Part shown: positions 28,678-38,324 of the stretch, one piece after another
Layout: each line of letters starts with the position of its first letter
How positions within the stretch are numbered: position 1 is the first letter of the stretch
Source of the DNA: Candidatus Spongiisociaceae bacterium
Lineage (GTDB): Bacteria; Actinomycetota; Acidimicrobiia; Spongiisociales; Spongiisociaceae
Assembly (NCBI GenBank): GCA_965213975.1
Contig: OZ243930.1
Span: 2,360,880-2,424,879, forward strand
Length of the DNA: 64,000 bases
Direction of reading: 5' to 3'
The notes under the pieces: generated by a model
What the model was told of the DNA's origin: nothing
What the model saw: the letters and a program-made list of their open reading frames with translations, nothing else
The model's database searches: none
Translations under genes and position numbers: made by a program

Positions 28678-29538
28678 TCATCTCCCCTTCGGGTGCCAGA
28701 CGGTCTTGGTCTCGGTGAAGTCGGCGATCGAGTAGGGGCTCTGCGCCTCCGTCCAGTCGATCTTGGTGCCCGGGGGGCCCACCACCCGCTTCACACCGCC
28801 GGCGGCGGCTTTCTCGATATCTGCCATCATCTCCGGGGCTGACCCAAAGGCATCAACCGCATCTACGTCCAGATGTGAGGCCAGGAACGGAACCAACCCG
28901 ACTTTGGGACCGGTGAGTATGTTCACGACCCCGGCCGGGACGTCGGCGGTAGCCATAGCCTCTGCCAAGGCGATGGAAGGTGTGGGCCAGCGTTCCGAGG
29001 CTAGAACCACCGCGGTGTTGCCCGATACGATCACCGGCGCAATGCGAGAAACCAGACCGAGCAATGGCGACGCCTCGGCCCCGATGATCCCCACGACCCC
29101 GGTGGGCTCCGGGGTAGAAATGTTGAAGAACGGGCCTGACACGGGGTTTAGGTTGCCCATTACTTGGACAAACTTGTCCGCCCATCCGGCGTACCACACC
29201 AGCCGGTCGATGGCGGCACCGACGATGCGCCGGGCCCGAGCTGCACTCGAACCGTCCATGCGGACGCAGCTGCAGAAGGCGTCGGTCCGATCCTCCACCA
29301 TCTCGGCGATCCGGTAGAGGATTTGCCCCCGGTTATACCCGCTGCGGCCCGCCCAGCCGGGCTGAGCTTGCCTCGCCGCCCGAACTGCCATTCGTAGATC
29401 CTTGCGGGTTCCTTCTGCCACCCGGGCGACTATCGAGCCACGTTGGTCAAGGGCCGGGAAGGACCGACCCGACTCCGACCGGGGAAAGTCGCCGTTGATG
29501 TAGAGCTTGTATGTCTTCCTGACTTCGACCCGGCTCAT
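28678..29538 (-). CDS. Short aldehyde dehydrogenase family protein lacking the catalytic domain
   Basis: KTYKLYING.FPRSESGR, YAGWADK, ETKTVWHP; 286 aa with no GxxC catalytic Cys motif. Confidence 0.88.
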   Translation of the reverse strand: MSRVEVRKTYKLYINGDFPRSESGRSFPALDQRGSIVARVAEGTRKDLRMAVRAARQAQPGWAGRSGYNRGQILYRIAEMVEDRTDAFCSCVRMDGSSAARARRIVGAAIDRLVWYAGWADKFVQVMGNLNPVSGPFFNISTPEPTGVVGIIGAEASPLLGLVSRIAPVIVSGNTAVVLASERWPTPSIALAEAMATADVPAGVVNILTGPKVGLVPFLASHLDVDAVDAFGSAPEMMADIEKAAAGGVKRVVGPPGTKIDWTEAQSPYSIADFTETKTVWHPKGR

Positions 29539-31010
29539 GACGTTCCCCGAAGGTAGGGCAGCAGCCCGTGGCGGCCACCCTCCCTACCGAAACCGGATTC
29601 CCGATACCCGCCGAAGGGAGAGGCGGGATCGAACTTGTTGTACGTGTTGGCCCAGACCACTCCGGCGGCAATCCGGTCCGCCACCCAGAGAATTCGGGAC
29701 CCCTTGCTGGTCCATACTCCAGCAGACAAGCCGTACGGAGTGTTGTTGGCCTTCTCTACAGCTTCGGAGGGAGTTCGGAAGGTCATGATTGACAGCACTG
29801 GTCCGAAGATCTCCTCTTGGGCGATGCGGTGGCTCTGCGAGACGCCGGTGAACAGGGTGGGCGCAAACCAGAACCCTTGCGAGGGAAGCTCACAGGGTGC
29901 CTGGAACATCTCGGCACCTTCCGCGACGCCCACATCCACCAAGCCGGAGATCTTGTCGAGCTGGGCGCGGCTGTTGATCGCTCCGACGTCGGTGTTCTTG
30001 TCCAGTGGATTCCCTACCCGCAGGTAGGCGAGCCGCTGCTTCAGTCGACTCATCACGCCGTCGAATATCGACTCCTGAACCAACAATCGGCTTCCGGCAC
30101 AACAGACATGGCCCTGGTTGAAGAAGATCCCGTTGATGATCCCCTCGATGGCCTGATCGATAGGGGCGTCGTCGAAGATTATGTGAGGAGCCTTGCCCCC
30201 CAACTCCAAGGTGAGCCGCTTCCCTGATCCGGCCAAGCGACGCTGGATTTCCTTGCCGACTTTGGTGGAACCGGTGAAGGCCAGCTTGTTCACGTCGGGA
30301 TGGGCGACTAGCTCCCTGCCCGTCTCGCCCGCCCCGGTGACGATGTTCAACGCTCCGGGCGGAAGGCCTGCCTCGGCGGTCAGCCGGGCGAAGGCGAGCG
30401 CGGTGAGAGAAGTGGTCTCGGCGGGTTTCAGCACGACCGTGTTGCCGGTAGCCAAGGCGGGTGCCACCTTCCAGGCCAGCATCAGCATCGGGAAGTTCCA
30501 CGGGATGACTTGGCCTACCACCCCCAACGAGCGGGTGTCTAACCCGGCGAAGGCGTAGTCCAGCTTGTCGGCCCAGCCCGCGTAGTAGAAGAAGTGGGCG
30601 GCGGCGAGCGGAATGTCGATGTCGCGAGATTCCCTGATCGGTTTCCCTCCGTCCAAGGTCTCCAGCACGGCGAACTCGCGAGCTCGTTCCTGAAGCATCC
30701 GGGCGATCCGGTACAGATACTTGGCCCGCTCAGTTCCTGACATCCGTCCCCACACCCCCTGGTAGGCCCGGCGTGCCGAGCGAACCGCCCGGTCCACATC
30801 GTCGCCACCGGCCTCGGCTACGTCGCCTAGGTGTTGCTCGGTAGCCGGGTTTATGGAGGGGAAGTTGCCGCCGCTAGCCGGTTCGACCTCGTCGCCGTCG
30901 ATCCACAAGCCGTTACTCGGCTTGATGGAGACCACATCAACGGACTCGATCGAGTCCACGTAGTCAAGGCCGCCAGGAGTTAGATGGGATGGTGTCGGTG
31001 GTCCTGTCAT
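29535..31010 (-). CDS. Aldehyde dehydrogenase
   Basis: IPWNFP, FTGST, LELGGK, GHVCCAGSR, EEIFGPV; start taken at ATG 31010. Confidence 0.95.
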   Translation of the reverse strand: MTGPPTPSHLTPGGLDYVDSIESVDVVSIKPSNGLWIDGDEVEPASGGNFPSINPATEQHLGDVAEAGGDDVDRAVRSARRAYQGVWGRMSGTERAKYLYRIARMLQERAREFAVLETLDGGKPIRESRDIDIPLAAAHFFYYAGWADKLDYAFAGLDTRSLGVVGQVIPWNFPMLMLAWKVAPALATGNTVVLKPAETTSLTALAFARLTAEAGLPPGALNIVTGAGETGRELVAHPDVNKLAFTGSTKVGKEIQRRLAGSGKRLTLELGGKAPHIIFDDAPIDQAIEGIINGIFFNQGHVCCAGSRLLVQESIFDGVMSRLKQRLAYLRVGNPLDKNTDVGAINSRAQLDKISGLVDVGVAEGAEMFQAPCELPSQGFWFAPTLFTGVSQSHRIAQEEIFGPVLSIMTFRTPSEAVEKANNTPYGLSAGVWTSKGSRILWVADRIAAGVVWANTYNKFDPASPFGGYRESGFGREGGRHGLLPYLRGTS

Positions 31011-31018
31011 TTCGGGTT

Positions 31019-31981
31019 TCAGTCCTTGGTGAAGTAGTCGGCGGATTGATAGCGACCTTCGCGGAGCCAACGGATCTGCATGAGCAGATCGTTGAGCAGG
31101 CTGGAGGCACCGAATCGGAATCTGGTCGGGACCAGCCACTCCTCGCCTAGCGTCTCCGCGACCAGCACCAAGTAGCGGATGGCGGTCTTGGCGGCGCTAA
31201 TTCCGCCAGCCGGTTTCATTCCCACCGCCTGTCCGGTGGTGATATGGAACTCCCGAATCGCTTCGAGCATCACCAGGGTGACCGGGAGGGTGGCGGCCGG
31301 GGCGACCTTGCCGGTTGATGTCTTGATGAAGTCAGCACCAGCGGCCATCGCCAGCATCGAGGCTTTCCTGACGTTGTCGAACGGTCCGAGTTCGCCGGTC
31401 TCGAGGATAACCTTCAGGTGAGCATGACCGCACGATTGCTTCACAGCAACGATCTCGTCGAAGACCCGCTGGTAGTCGCCGGCCAGAAACGCGCCGCGGT
31501 TGATGACCATGTCGATCTCGTGGGCACCGGCTGCGACCGCCCATTCCACCTCGTCCGTCTTGGCTGCCAACGGAACCTGGCCCGAGGGGAAGTAGGTGGC
31601 TACCGAGGCCACGGCCACTCCGCTGCCGGAGAGCGCCATCGCCGCGTGGGGCACCAGATTCGGGTAGACACAGAGGGCGGCCACCGGCGGGATGGTGGGG
31701 TCGGTGGGATCTGGTCGGATCGCTTTAGAGGCCAGCTGGATGACCTTGCCGGGGGTGTCGCGCCCTTCAAGAGTGGTGAGGTCACACATGCGGATCGCCA
31801 TCCGGAGCGCAGCCATCTTGGATTCCCGCTTGACTGATCTGGTGGCTAGCGCCTTGGCCCGTTCCGAGATCCCAACTTCGTCCACCGACGGCACGGAAGC
31901 GAGGTAGGAGGTCAACTCCTGCGATCCGATCGGGGAAGCAGGGGTGGGAACTGCTGGTGAGGTGGACACGATCGAGGTCAT
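31019..31981 (-). CDS. deoC: Deoxyribose-phosphate aldolase
   Basis: DLTTL, EIDMV, LKVILETGEL, ADFIKTSTGK, KPAGGI, RFGASSLL. Confidence 0.96.
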   Translation of the reverse strand: MTSIVSTSPAVPTPASPIGSQELTSYLASVPSVDEVGISERAKALATRSVKRESKMAALRMAIRMCDLTTLEGRDTPGKVIQLASKAIRPDPTDPTIPPVAALCVYPNLVPHAAMALSGSGVAVASVATYFPSGQVPLAAKTDEVEWAVAAGAHEIDMVINRGAFLAGDYQRVFDEIVAVKQSCGHAHLKVILETGELGPFDNVRKASMLAMAAGADFIKTSTGKVAPAATLPVTLVMLEAIREFHITTGQAVGMKPAGGISAAKTAIRYLVLVAETLGEEWLVPTRFRFGASSLLNDLLMQIRWLREGRYQSADYFTKD

Positions 31982-32176
31982 CGTCGGTAGCCTATCGGAG
32001 TTTTCGGGCCTCGGGTTGAGGCAGGCTTGCTGATCCTCGTTGGCAATTGGTGGCCAGTCGGACTCGGGTCGATTCGGAGACCCAAGATCCGCTCAGTTCG
32101 TGGGTGCTCTGCGGCCGGTAGCTTTGCCAGCCGAAGCAAGCCTGATAGCCCAAAAGCCGCCGGTGGCCACTGAACT

Positions 32177-32238
32177 GAGCTGGTTCGCGAAGTCCGAGAT
32201 GACCGAGGCCCCAACTGGCAACTGAACAGCCACTGAAC
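32177..32238 (+). repeat. ~60-bp intergenic repeat, copy 2 (CCCAACTGGCAAC family)
   Basis: GAGCTGGTTC...CCCCAACTGGCAACTGAACAGCCACTGAAC. Confidence 0.75.
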
Positions 32239-32306
32239 GCCACTCCGCCGGGCCGCGATCCAGGGACTTGGCAAACGTGTCACACCCTCTACTTACTATT
32301 TCGGAC

Positions 32307-33443
32307 ATGGATTCGTTCGTTTTGATAATCGCCGTAACCATGTCGATCGCCCTCGTGATCGCGCTGATCCTTTTGGTGGCCCGCGGGCGCGGGGTTCGGA
32401 GTGACTCCCCGCCGATCAATGCCGGATTGCTCGCCGAACAGGTGGCAGCCCTCGCTGGCGAGGCCTTCCGGGCTCATATGCAGGCGGGTCAGGCAGAGTC
32501 GGCGCGTCGGCAGGATGTCTTCGATGCGAAGTGGGACCCGATGGTGGGTCGAGTCAAGGAGGAGCTTGCGGGCCTCCGCGACCTGGTGACGACGTTACAG
32601 CATGACCGCGCCGTCCAGCAGGCCGAAATCACCCAAGCCCTGTGCACGATGGAAGAAGGTCAGCGCAGTCTTGTGGCCACCAATCAGCGCCTCAACGAGA
32701 TTCTCGGTAGCGCACCCGCCCGGGGCCAGTGGGGGGAGCGGATGGCTGACGATGTGCTCCGGGCCGCGGGTATGGTCGAAGGGGTCAACTACTTCCGACA
32801 GCAACAAACCGAAGCCGGTACCCGGCCCGACTTCAGCTTCGTGTTGCCCGACGGACGCCGCCTCCACATGGACGTAAAGTTCCCACTCGACAGCTACGTG
32901 CGCTTTCTGGAAGCTGACTCGGCTCTCGAAGCTAAGCAGCAGAAGAAGAGTTTCGGCTCTGCGGTACAGAAGCACATTCGTGACACGGCTAGTCGGGATG
33001 ACTATAAGGAGTCGATCGGAACGGTCGGGTTCGTGCTCATGTTCATACCTAACGAGGCGGTCTACAGCTTCGTTCTCGAACACCACCGTGGGCTGTTTGA
33101 TGAGGCGCTATCCAAACAGGTACTGGTGTGTTCTCCGTTCACCCTGTTCGGCATGGTGTCGTTGGTGCGACAGGCCATGGACACGATGGCGCTGAAACGT
33201 GCCTCCGAGCAGATTCGAGATCACTTGGCGGGCTTCGAGGACCAGTGGGACAAGTACCTGAGGGAGGTCCGGAAAGTCGAAGGCCACCTCGAAAGGTTGA
33301 ATGGTGCGTTCACGCGGTTGACTACCACCCGGGAGCGAGGGCTGCAGCGTACCGTCGACCGCATCCAGCTTCTCAAGACGGGACGGGAAGAGTCGGCCCC
33401 GAACGGAGACACAGCGGCATTGACAGAGAGACCCCGACCTTAA
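32307..33443 (+). CDS. rmuC: DNA recombination protein RmuC
   Basis: N-terminal TM, coiled coil, RGQWGE, RPDF..LPDGR..HMDVKFP, VLMFIPNEAV. Confidence 0.92.
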   Translation: MDSFVLIIAVTMSIALVIALILLVARGRGVRSDSPPINAGLLAEQVAALAGEAFRAHMQAGQAESARRQDVFDAKWDPMVGRVKEELAGLRDLVTTLQHDRAVQQAEITQALCTMEEGQRSLVATNQRLNEILGSAPARGQWGERMADDVLRAAGMVEGVNYFRQQQTEAGTRPDFSFVLPDGRRLHMDVKFPLDSYVRFLEADSALEAKQQKKSFGSAVQKHIRDTASRDDYKESIGTVGFVLMFIPNEAVYSFVLEHHRGLFDEALSKQVLVCSPFTLFGMVSLVRQAMDTMALKRASEQIRDHLAGFEDQWDKYLREVRKVEGHLERLNGAFTRLTTTRERGLQRTVDRIQLLKTGREESAPNGDTAALTERPRP

Positions 33444-33480
33444 CCGAGGGTTTCGATACCCTCCCGGTCGTCCTGGCTTG

Positions 33481-34233
33481 TCAACTTCCGCTGGTACCGG
33501 TAGTTGCTGGCCGGGTCGTGCCCGGTTCCGCGGTCCTTTCCCGGCTGGCCGGGTCCGGCCGCCGAGCCCCGGAGGCGATTCGGAAACCGGCCCAGATCAG
33601 AGTAGCGGCCGCCAGTAGGGAGGCCGAGAAACCCCAGTCGATCCCGAACGCCAGGATGGTCCCGCCGGTGGAGGCGGCCAGGGTGCCTGCCACGATGACC
33701 ACATTCCCCAGCACAAGGCGTGGATTTCTTCGCCAGAACCTAAACATGGACACCAGAGCGAGAGCGATGATTATGGAGGCCCCGAGACCTCCCCCGATGG
33801 CAGCCCACAAGCGGGGCCCGAACATTTCCACCCAGAGTTCCCGTCCGCCCGGTACACCGCCCGGAGGGAGAGGAGCAGCATCGAAGGGCTGAGCCAGAGT
33901 CATGGGAATGGATATGGCAAAGAACGGAAACAGCAGGAGCAGCATGGCGTGGCCAGCCTTGCGGCCCACCACCAGGAACATCGAACCCAACGCCAAGACC
34001 GGAATGTTCACGATGGCGCCGAAGAGAAAGAAGGTGCGGTAGCTGGCCGAGCTCCATCCGGTCGTGGTCCCCACGAATAATGCCCAGGTAGCTATGGCGA
34101 AGAAGCACATTCCCGCTGCGTACGAAGCCGTGTGAGGGGACGGCGAGGCACGATAGCGACGAATCAGGTCCACACAGAAAAGGGTGGCGATAATCCCGGC
34201 GGCCAGAGCCGCGGCAACGCTCATATGGTTCAT
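33481..34233 (-). CDS. Hypothetical integral membrane protein
   Basis: About seven hydrophobic helices; YRTFFLFGAIVNIP motif. Confidence 0.7.
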   Translation of the reverse strand: MNHMSVAAALAAGIIATLFCVDLIRRYRASPSPHTASYAAGMCFFAIATWALFVGTTTGWSSASYRTFFLFGAIVNIPVLALGSMFLVVGRKAGHAMLLLLFPFFAISIPMTLAQPFDAAPLPPGGVPGGRELWVEMFGPRLWAAIGGGLGASIIIALALVSMFRFWRRNPRLVLGNVVIVAGTLAASTGGTILAFGIDWGFSASLLAAATLIWAGFRIASGARRPDPASRERTAEPGTTRPATTGTSGS

Positions 34234-34281
34234 CGTAGGCGGGGTTGGGCGGCTCCTTAGCAATGAGGGCGGGAGTAGGAG

Positions 34282-34761
34282 GTGGTCGGACAGCTACAGC
34301 ACGGCAGGCTCAGACCCCACCGAGCCCGGTTTGGACGGCACCCAGCCCAAAGCATCCTCACCGAACCCCACCGCAAGCACCTGGACCGGCTCTTCTCAGC
34401 CCATCCCCGACTGAAAGTCGCCTGGGACGCCCTCCAAGAGCTCTACGGCATCTACGACGCCGGCGACCTCGACGCCGCCAACCAAGCCCTCGAACGATTC
34501 GCCGATCTCTACGACAGCGGACAGATCCCCGAGTACCACGACGTTGTGGACAAGATCATCGTCTGGGGCCAAGAGATCCTGGCCTACCACCCCGGCAGAC
34601 GAGCATCCAACGGGCCACTTGAGGGGATCAACAACCTCCTCCAATTCCTACGACGCGTCGCTCACGGGTTCACCAACTATGAGAACTACGCAGCCCGCGG
34701 CATCCTCGTAACATGACCACACCGGTGCCAGAACACCCAAGACCCACAAGAACGCGCAGCC
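34282..34761 (+). mobile_element. ISL3-family transposase C-terminal remnant with probable right end
   Basis: SNGPLEGINN..Q..RRVAHGFTNYENY C-terminus (CDS part to 34716); tail CCCACAAGAACGCGCAGCC resembles an ISL3 terminus. Confidence 0.8.
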
Positions 34762-34914
34762 TCGGCTAGTCTCACCACCGTTCGTGCAAGGCATGCTTGT
34801 GGAGGCGAAGAAAACCCCACACCGGTAAGGATGGCAGGGTTTCCGGTGGTCTCCTGGCCATGCCGTGTGCATGCGAGCGAAGGAACAGATCGCGACAGGT
34901 ATAGGGGGTGAAGA

Positions 34915-36165
34915 ATGGGTAGCCATAGATCGGGACGCCGACTTAATGGGTGGATTGTGGGGGTATCCGTCGTGGCGATCGTCGCCGCACCCGCTTGTCA
35001 GAGTTCGGACGAGGCGATGCCCGCGGACCGGTCCGGTGCGGCTGTCCCGGCCGTGATAATGGCGGATGAGCAGCGGGCTGGCATAACCGATGGCAGTGTG
35101 CTACTTGGCCAGTCTGCAGCGTTCTCAGGACCTTCCCAGGAGTTGGGCCTTGAGATGCGCCTCGGAATCCAGGCGGCCTTCCATGAGCAGAACCAAGCCG
35201 GGGGAGTACACGGTCGCCAGATCGATCTGACAACTTTGGACGACTTCTACGAGCCGGACTCCGCCTATCTGAACACCCGCCGGCTCATCAACACGGAGGG
35301 GGTCTTCGCGCTGATCGGAGAGGTCGGAACGCCGACATCCCGGTCCGCCTCCCAGCTGGCGAACTCATTGGGGGTGCCGTTCGTCGCTCCCTTCACCGGA
35401 GCGGAGATGCTCCGTGTCTCCGGCCTGGAGAGCGTGATGAACCTGCGCGCCTCCTACCACCAGGAGATCGACCAGATGGTGGAGCGCCTGACCGAAGACG
35501 CCGGCATCACCCGGGTCGCCGTCCTCTACCAGAACGACTCCTACGGGCAGACCGGGCTGGACGGGGTGCGCCTCGCCCTTGAGCGGCGCGGGCTTTCTCC
35601 CGTGGCGAGTGGGTTCTACCAGCGGAACACGAGCGCGGTGAAGACTGCTGTCGTGGACATCGTCGAGGCCGATCCTGAGGCGGTGATCATGATCGGCGCC
35701 TATACGCCGGTGGCGGAGGCCATCCGGTTGATCCGGGAGGACATCGATCCGGTATTCATGACGGTCTCGTTTGTGGGAAGTAACGCCCTCGCCCGAGAGC
35801 TGGGTTCCGAGGGTACGGGTGTCTACGTGACGCAGGTAGTCCCCCTTCCGGGAGACACCAGCGTTCCCGTGGTCGATGCGTACCACACGGCGCTGCGGGC
35901 TTTCGATGCGGATGCCGTGCCGGGGTTCGTCTCGCTGGAGGGTTATCTGGCCGGTCGGCTGGCCATCGCCGGGCTGGACCTGTGCGGCAGTGATCTCAGC
36001 CGGCAGTGTTTCCTCGATGCCATCCGCAGCGCCGGATCCATCGATATCGAAGGGCTGGCGCTCGACTTCGGGCCTACAGACAATCAGGGTTCGGATGCTG
36101 TGTTCCTGACCGTTATTGGTGCCGATGGCAGTTATCGCTTGGTGGAAGAGCTGGAGGGGGTCTAG
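34915..36165 (+). CDS. ABC-type substrate-binding protein (Peripla_BP_6 / LivJ-like), lipoprotein
   Basis: GQSAAFSGP, GGVHGR, DDFYEP, GEVGTPTS, NLRASY, YQNDSYG. Confidence 0.88.
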   Translation: MGSHRSGRRLNGWIVGVSVVAIVAAPACQSSDEAMPADRSGAAVPAVIMADEQRAGITDGSVLLGQSAAFSGPSQELGLEMRLGIQAAFHEQNQAGGVHGRQIDLTTLDDFYEPDSAYLNTRRLINTEGVFALIGEVGTPTSRSASQLANSLGVPFVAPFTGAEMLRVSGLESVMNLRASYHQEIDQMVERLTEDAGITRVAVLYQNDSYGQTGLDGVRLALERRGLSPVASGFYQRNTSAVKTAVVDIVEADPEAVIMIGAYTPVAEAIRLIREDIDPVFMTVSFVGSNALARELGSEGTGVYVTQVVPLPGDTSVPVVDAYHTALRAFDADAVPGFVSLEGYLAGRLAIAGLDLCGSDLSRQCFLDAIRSAGSIDIEGLALDFGPTDNQGSDAVFLTVIGADGSYRLVEELEGV

Positions 36166-36169
36166 GAAG

Positions 36170-37249
36170 ATGAGCAAGTTGAATACGCGTAAACCGCTCA
36201 CGGTTACGGCCGTAGTGGCTCTGGTGGTGCTGATCGCTTTGTCGGTCACCGGTTGGCAGGTCCTCGGGGGTCTGAGTGATCAGAGCGATGTGAGCGATGA
36301 CACCACCATTCCGGCCACAGCGCTAGCCCTTTCGCAGCACTCCAACTCTCTGTCCTCTGTCGCTCTGGTCACCACCAGCCTCGCCATGGACCGCGACAGC
36401 GTGCTGGAGATCAGGAGATCGGTAGCCGCCGAGAAGGCAGAGTTGGAGGCTCGACTGTCGGAGCTGGCCGGTAGGGGCTACGACGCGAGGGTCTCCAGAA
36501 TCAAGGGTCATGTCGACTCCTTGATCTCCATCGTCGACCAGGTGGACGGCGACCGGCCGGCTCTGTTGCGGGCCATCGCGGACGGCGAGATCAGGAGGCG
36601 TGCGCTCAGCAGTTCCACCACGCGGGAACTGGTTCCAGTCGCAGTGAAGAGCGAGGACGACCAGTACTACTACATCATGACGGGCAGGAGCGAAGCCCGG
36701 GTAACCACGGGCGGTGCGGATGCCCTGAACTATGAGGAGTTCCTGCGTCACAAGCACATGTCCGACCTCCTGCGCGCTCTCGGTGTCGCGCACTCGACCT
36801 TGTCGGCTGCGGTCAGAGTGCAGGATCCGACTCTGGTGACCACCCTCGAGGAGGCTTTCGGCTCGGCTGCGCAGCGCGCCAGGACGGCCCTCGAATACCT
36901 CTCCGCCAACGGCGGTCCGGAGTTGGACCCGCAAGTGATTCCGCTCGCGAACGGGTTGATCAATGCGGGGACGGGACCGGGCAACGACTTCGATCAGTTA
37001 AAGGCCAGGCTGTCGATGGCAGTGGTCGAGCAGCGGTTGATCTCATCGAGCCAAGGGGTTCTCGCCGCGCTCGATGCGGAGATCGCCGGGCTGGTGGAAG
37101 ACGTGAATCGCAGCATCGTCTCCTCGGCGGAGCGGTCGGAGCAGGCGGCCACAGAGGGGCAGACGACGGTGTTGGTCACCGGGATCATCGGGGTTCTCGT
37201 GGTCCTTCTGGTGGCCGGGTACCTGGGTTCCAGGAACCGGTCGGCCTAG
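36170..37249 (+). CDS. Two-TM protein with a helical extracytoplasmic (TorS-sensor-like) domain and no cytoplasmic output domain
   Basis: Hydrophobic segments at N- and C-termini, helical middle, ends a few residues after TM2. Confidence 0.6.
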   Translation: MSKLNTRKPLTVTAVVALVVLIALSVTGWQVLGGLSDQSDVSDDTTIPATALALSQHSNSLSSVALVTTSLAMDRDSVLEIRRSVAAEKAELEARLSELAGRGYDARVSRIKGHVDSLISIVDQVDGDRPALLRAIADGEIRRRALSSSTTRELVPVAVKSEDDQYYYIMTGRSEARVTTGGADALNYEEFLRHKHMSDLLRALGVAHSTLSAAVRVQDPTLVTTLEEAFGSAAQRARTALEYLSANGGPELDPQVIPLANGLINAGTGPGNDFDQLKARLSMAVVEQRLISSSQGVLAALDAEIAGLVEDVNRSIVSSAERSEQAATEGQTTVLVTGIIGVLVVLLVAGYLGSRNRSA

Positions 37250-37328
37250 CCACTCCTGAACTAACCGGCCACGACCGCCCCGGGATCCGGTCGCGAGCGA
37301 CCCGGGTCCCGCTGCGTAACGCCCCGGG

Positions 37329-38184
37329 TCACGCGCTTCCGTGCAGAGCTTGGCGCAGGGCTGCCGTCCTGATCGCAGCCCAACGCCGGCTGTTCTCGGA
37401 TGAGGGCATGAGGTCGCTGCCGTGGAAGGCTCCGGGGAACACATGCAACTCGACAGGGACGCCCGCCTGGATCAGGCGTTGCGCGTAGTCGATGTCCTCG
37501 TCCACGAACAGGTCGAGTTCGCCCACGATGATGAAGGCCGGGGGCAGGCCCGACAGGTCCTCGGCCCGGGCCGGAGAAGCGTAGGGAGAGACGCCGTCCG
37601 AACCGGCCAGCTTCCCCAGCAGTGTGTTCCACCCGGCGACTGGCGGGGAGTGATGTTCCGGTCGTCCAGCATCGGATAGATGAGCTGCTGGAAGATGACC
37701 TGTACCTCTGCGCGATCCCTCGCCAACAGGGCCAGAGCGGCGGCCAGCCCGCCACCTGCTGAGGCGCCACCGATGGCGATCCTGCTGCTGTCCACTCCCA
37801 GGCTGCCCGCGTTCTCCGCCAGCCACTTCAAACCGGCGTAGCAGTGCTCGATCGGAGCGGGGTGGGGATGTTCAGGCACCAGACGGTATTCCACCGACGC
37901 CACCAGACAGCCCGTCTCAAGGGCCACGGCCTTGCACTTGAGATCGTCCATGGCGACGTCCCCCAGCACCATTCCTCCACCGTGAATCCAATACAGGGCA
38001 GGAACCGGTCCCTCGGTACCCGCCGGGGTGTACACGCGGACCACAACGTCCGGGTCTCCCGGCGCTCCGGGCACCCAATGGTCCTCCGTCTCACGCCGGG
38101 AATCTCGTGAGCCGAGGCGAACATGGCGGCCATGAGACCGTCGATCGCAGCCTGAGCGGTTGGTATGTCGGACAGATCTAGCAA
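37329..38184 (-). pseudogene. HSL-family alpha/beta hydrolase (esterase) broken by two frameshifts
   Basis: Three consecutive frames: N-terminus (from 38184), HGGG/GASAGG part, then GELDLFVDE...PGAFHG C-terminus. Confidence 0.85.
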
Positions 38185-38324
38185 GCTCTCCGGGACTCTC
38201 CTAGTCCAGGCTACTGGTCAGCCAGCTGCTCACGAAGGCGGTCCTCTTGGTCCCTTGAGGATGCGATGGTGTGCTCGACGACCTGGGAATCCAGCCGGTG
38301 AGCGACCCGCGCCAGGTTCCGGCC

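Noticed and set aside
31011-31139. N-terminal extension of the ALDH ORF
   Set aside because: Overlaps deoC in another frame; ATG 31010 is the plausible start
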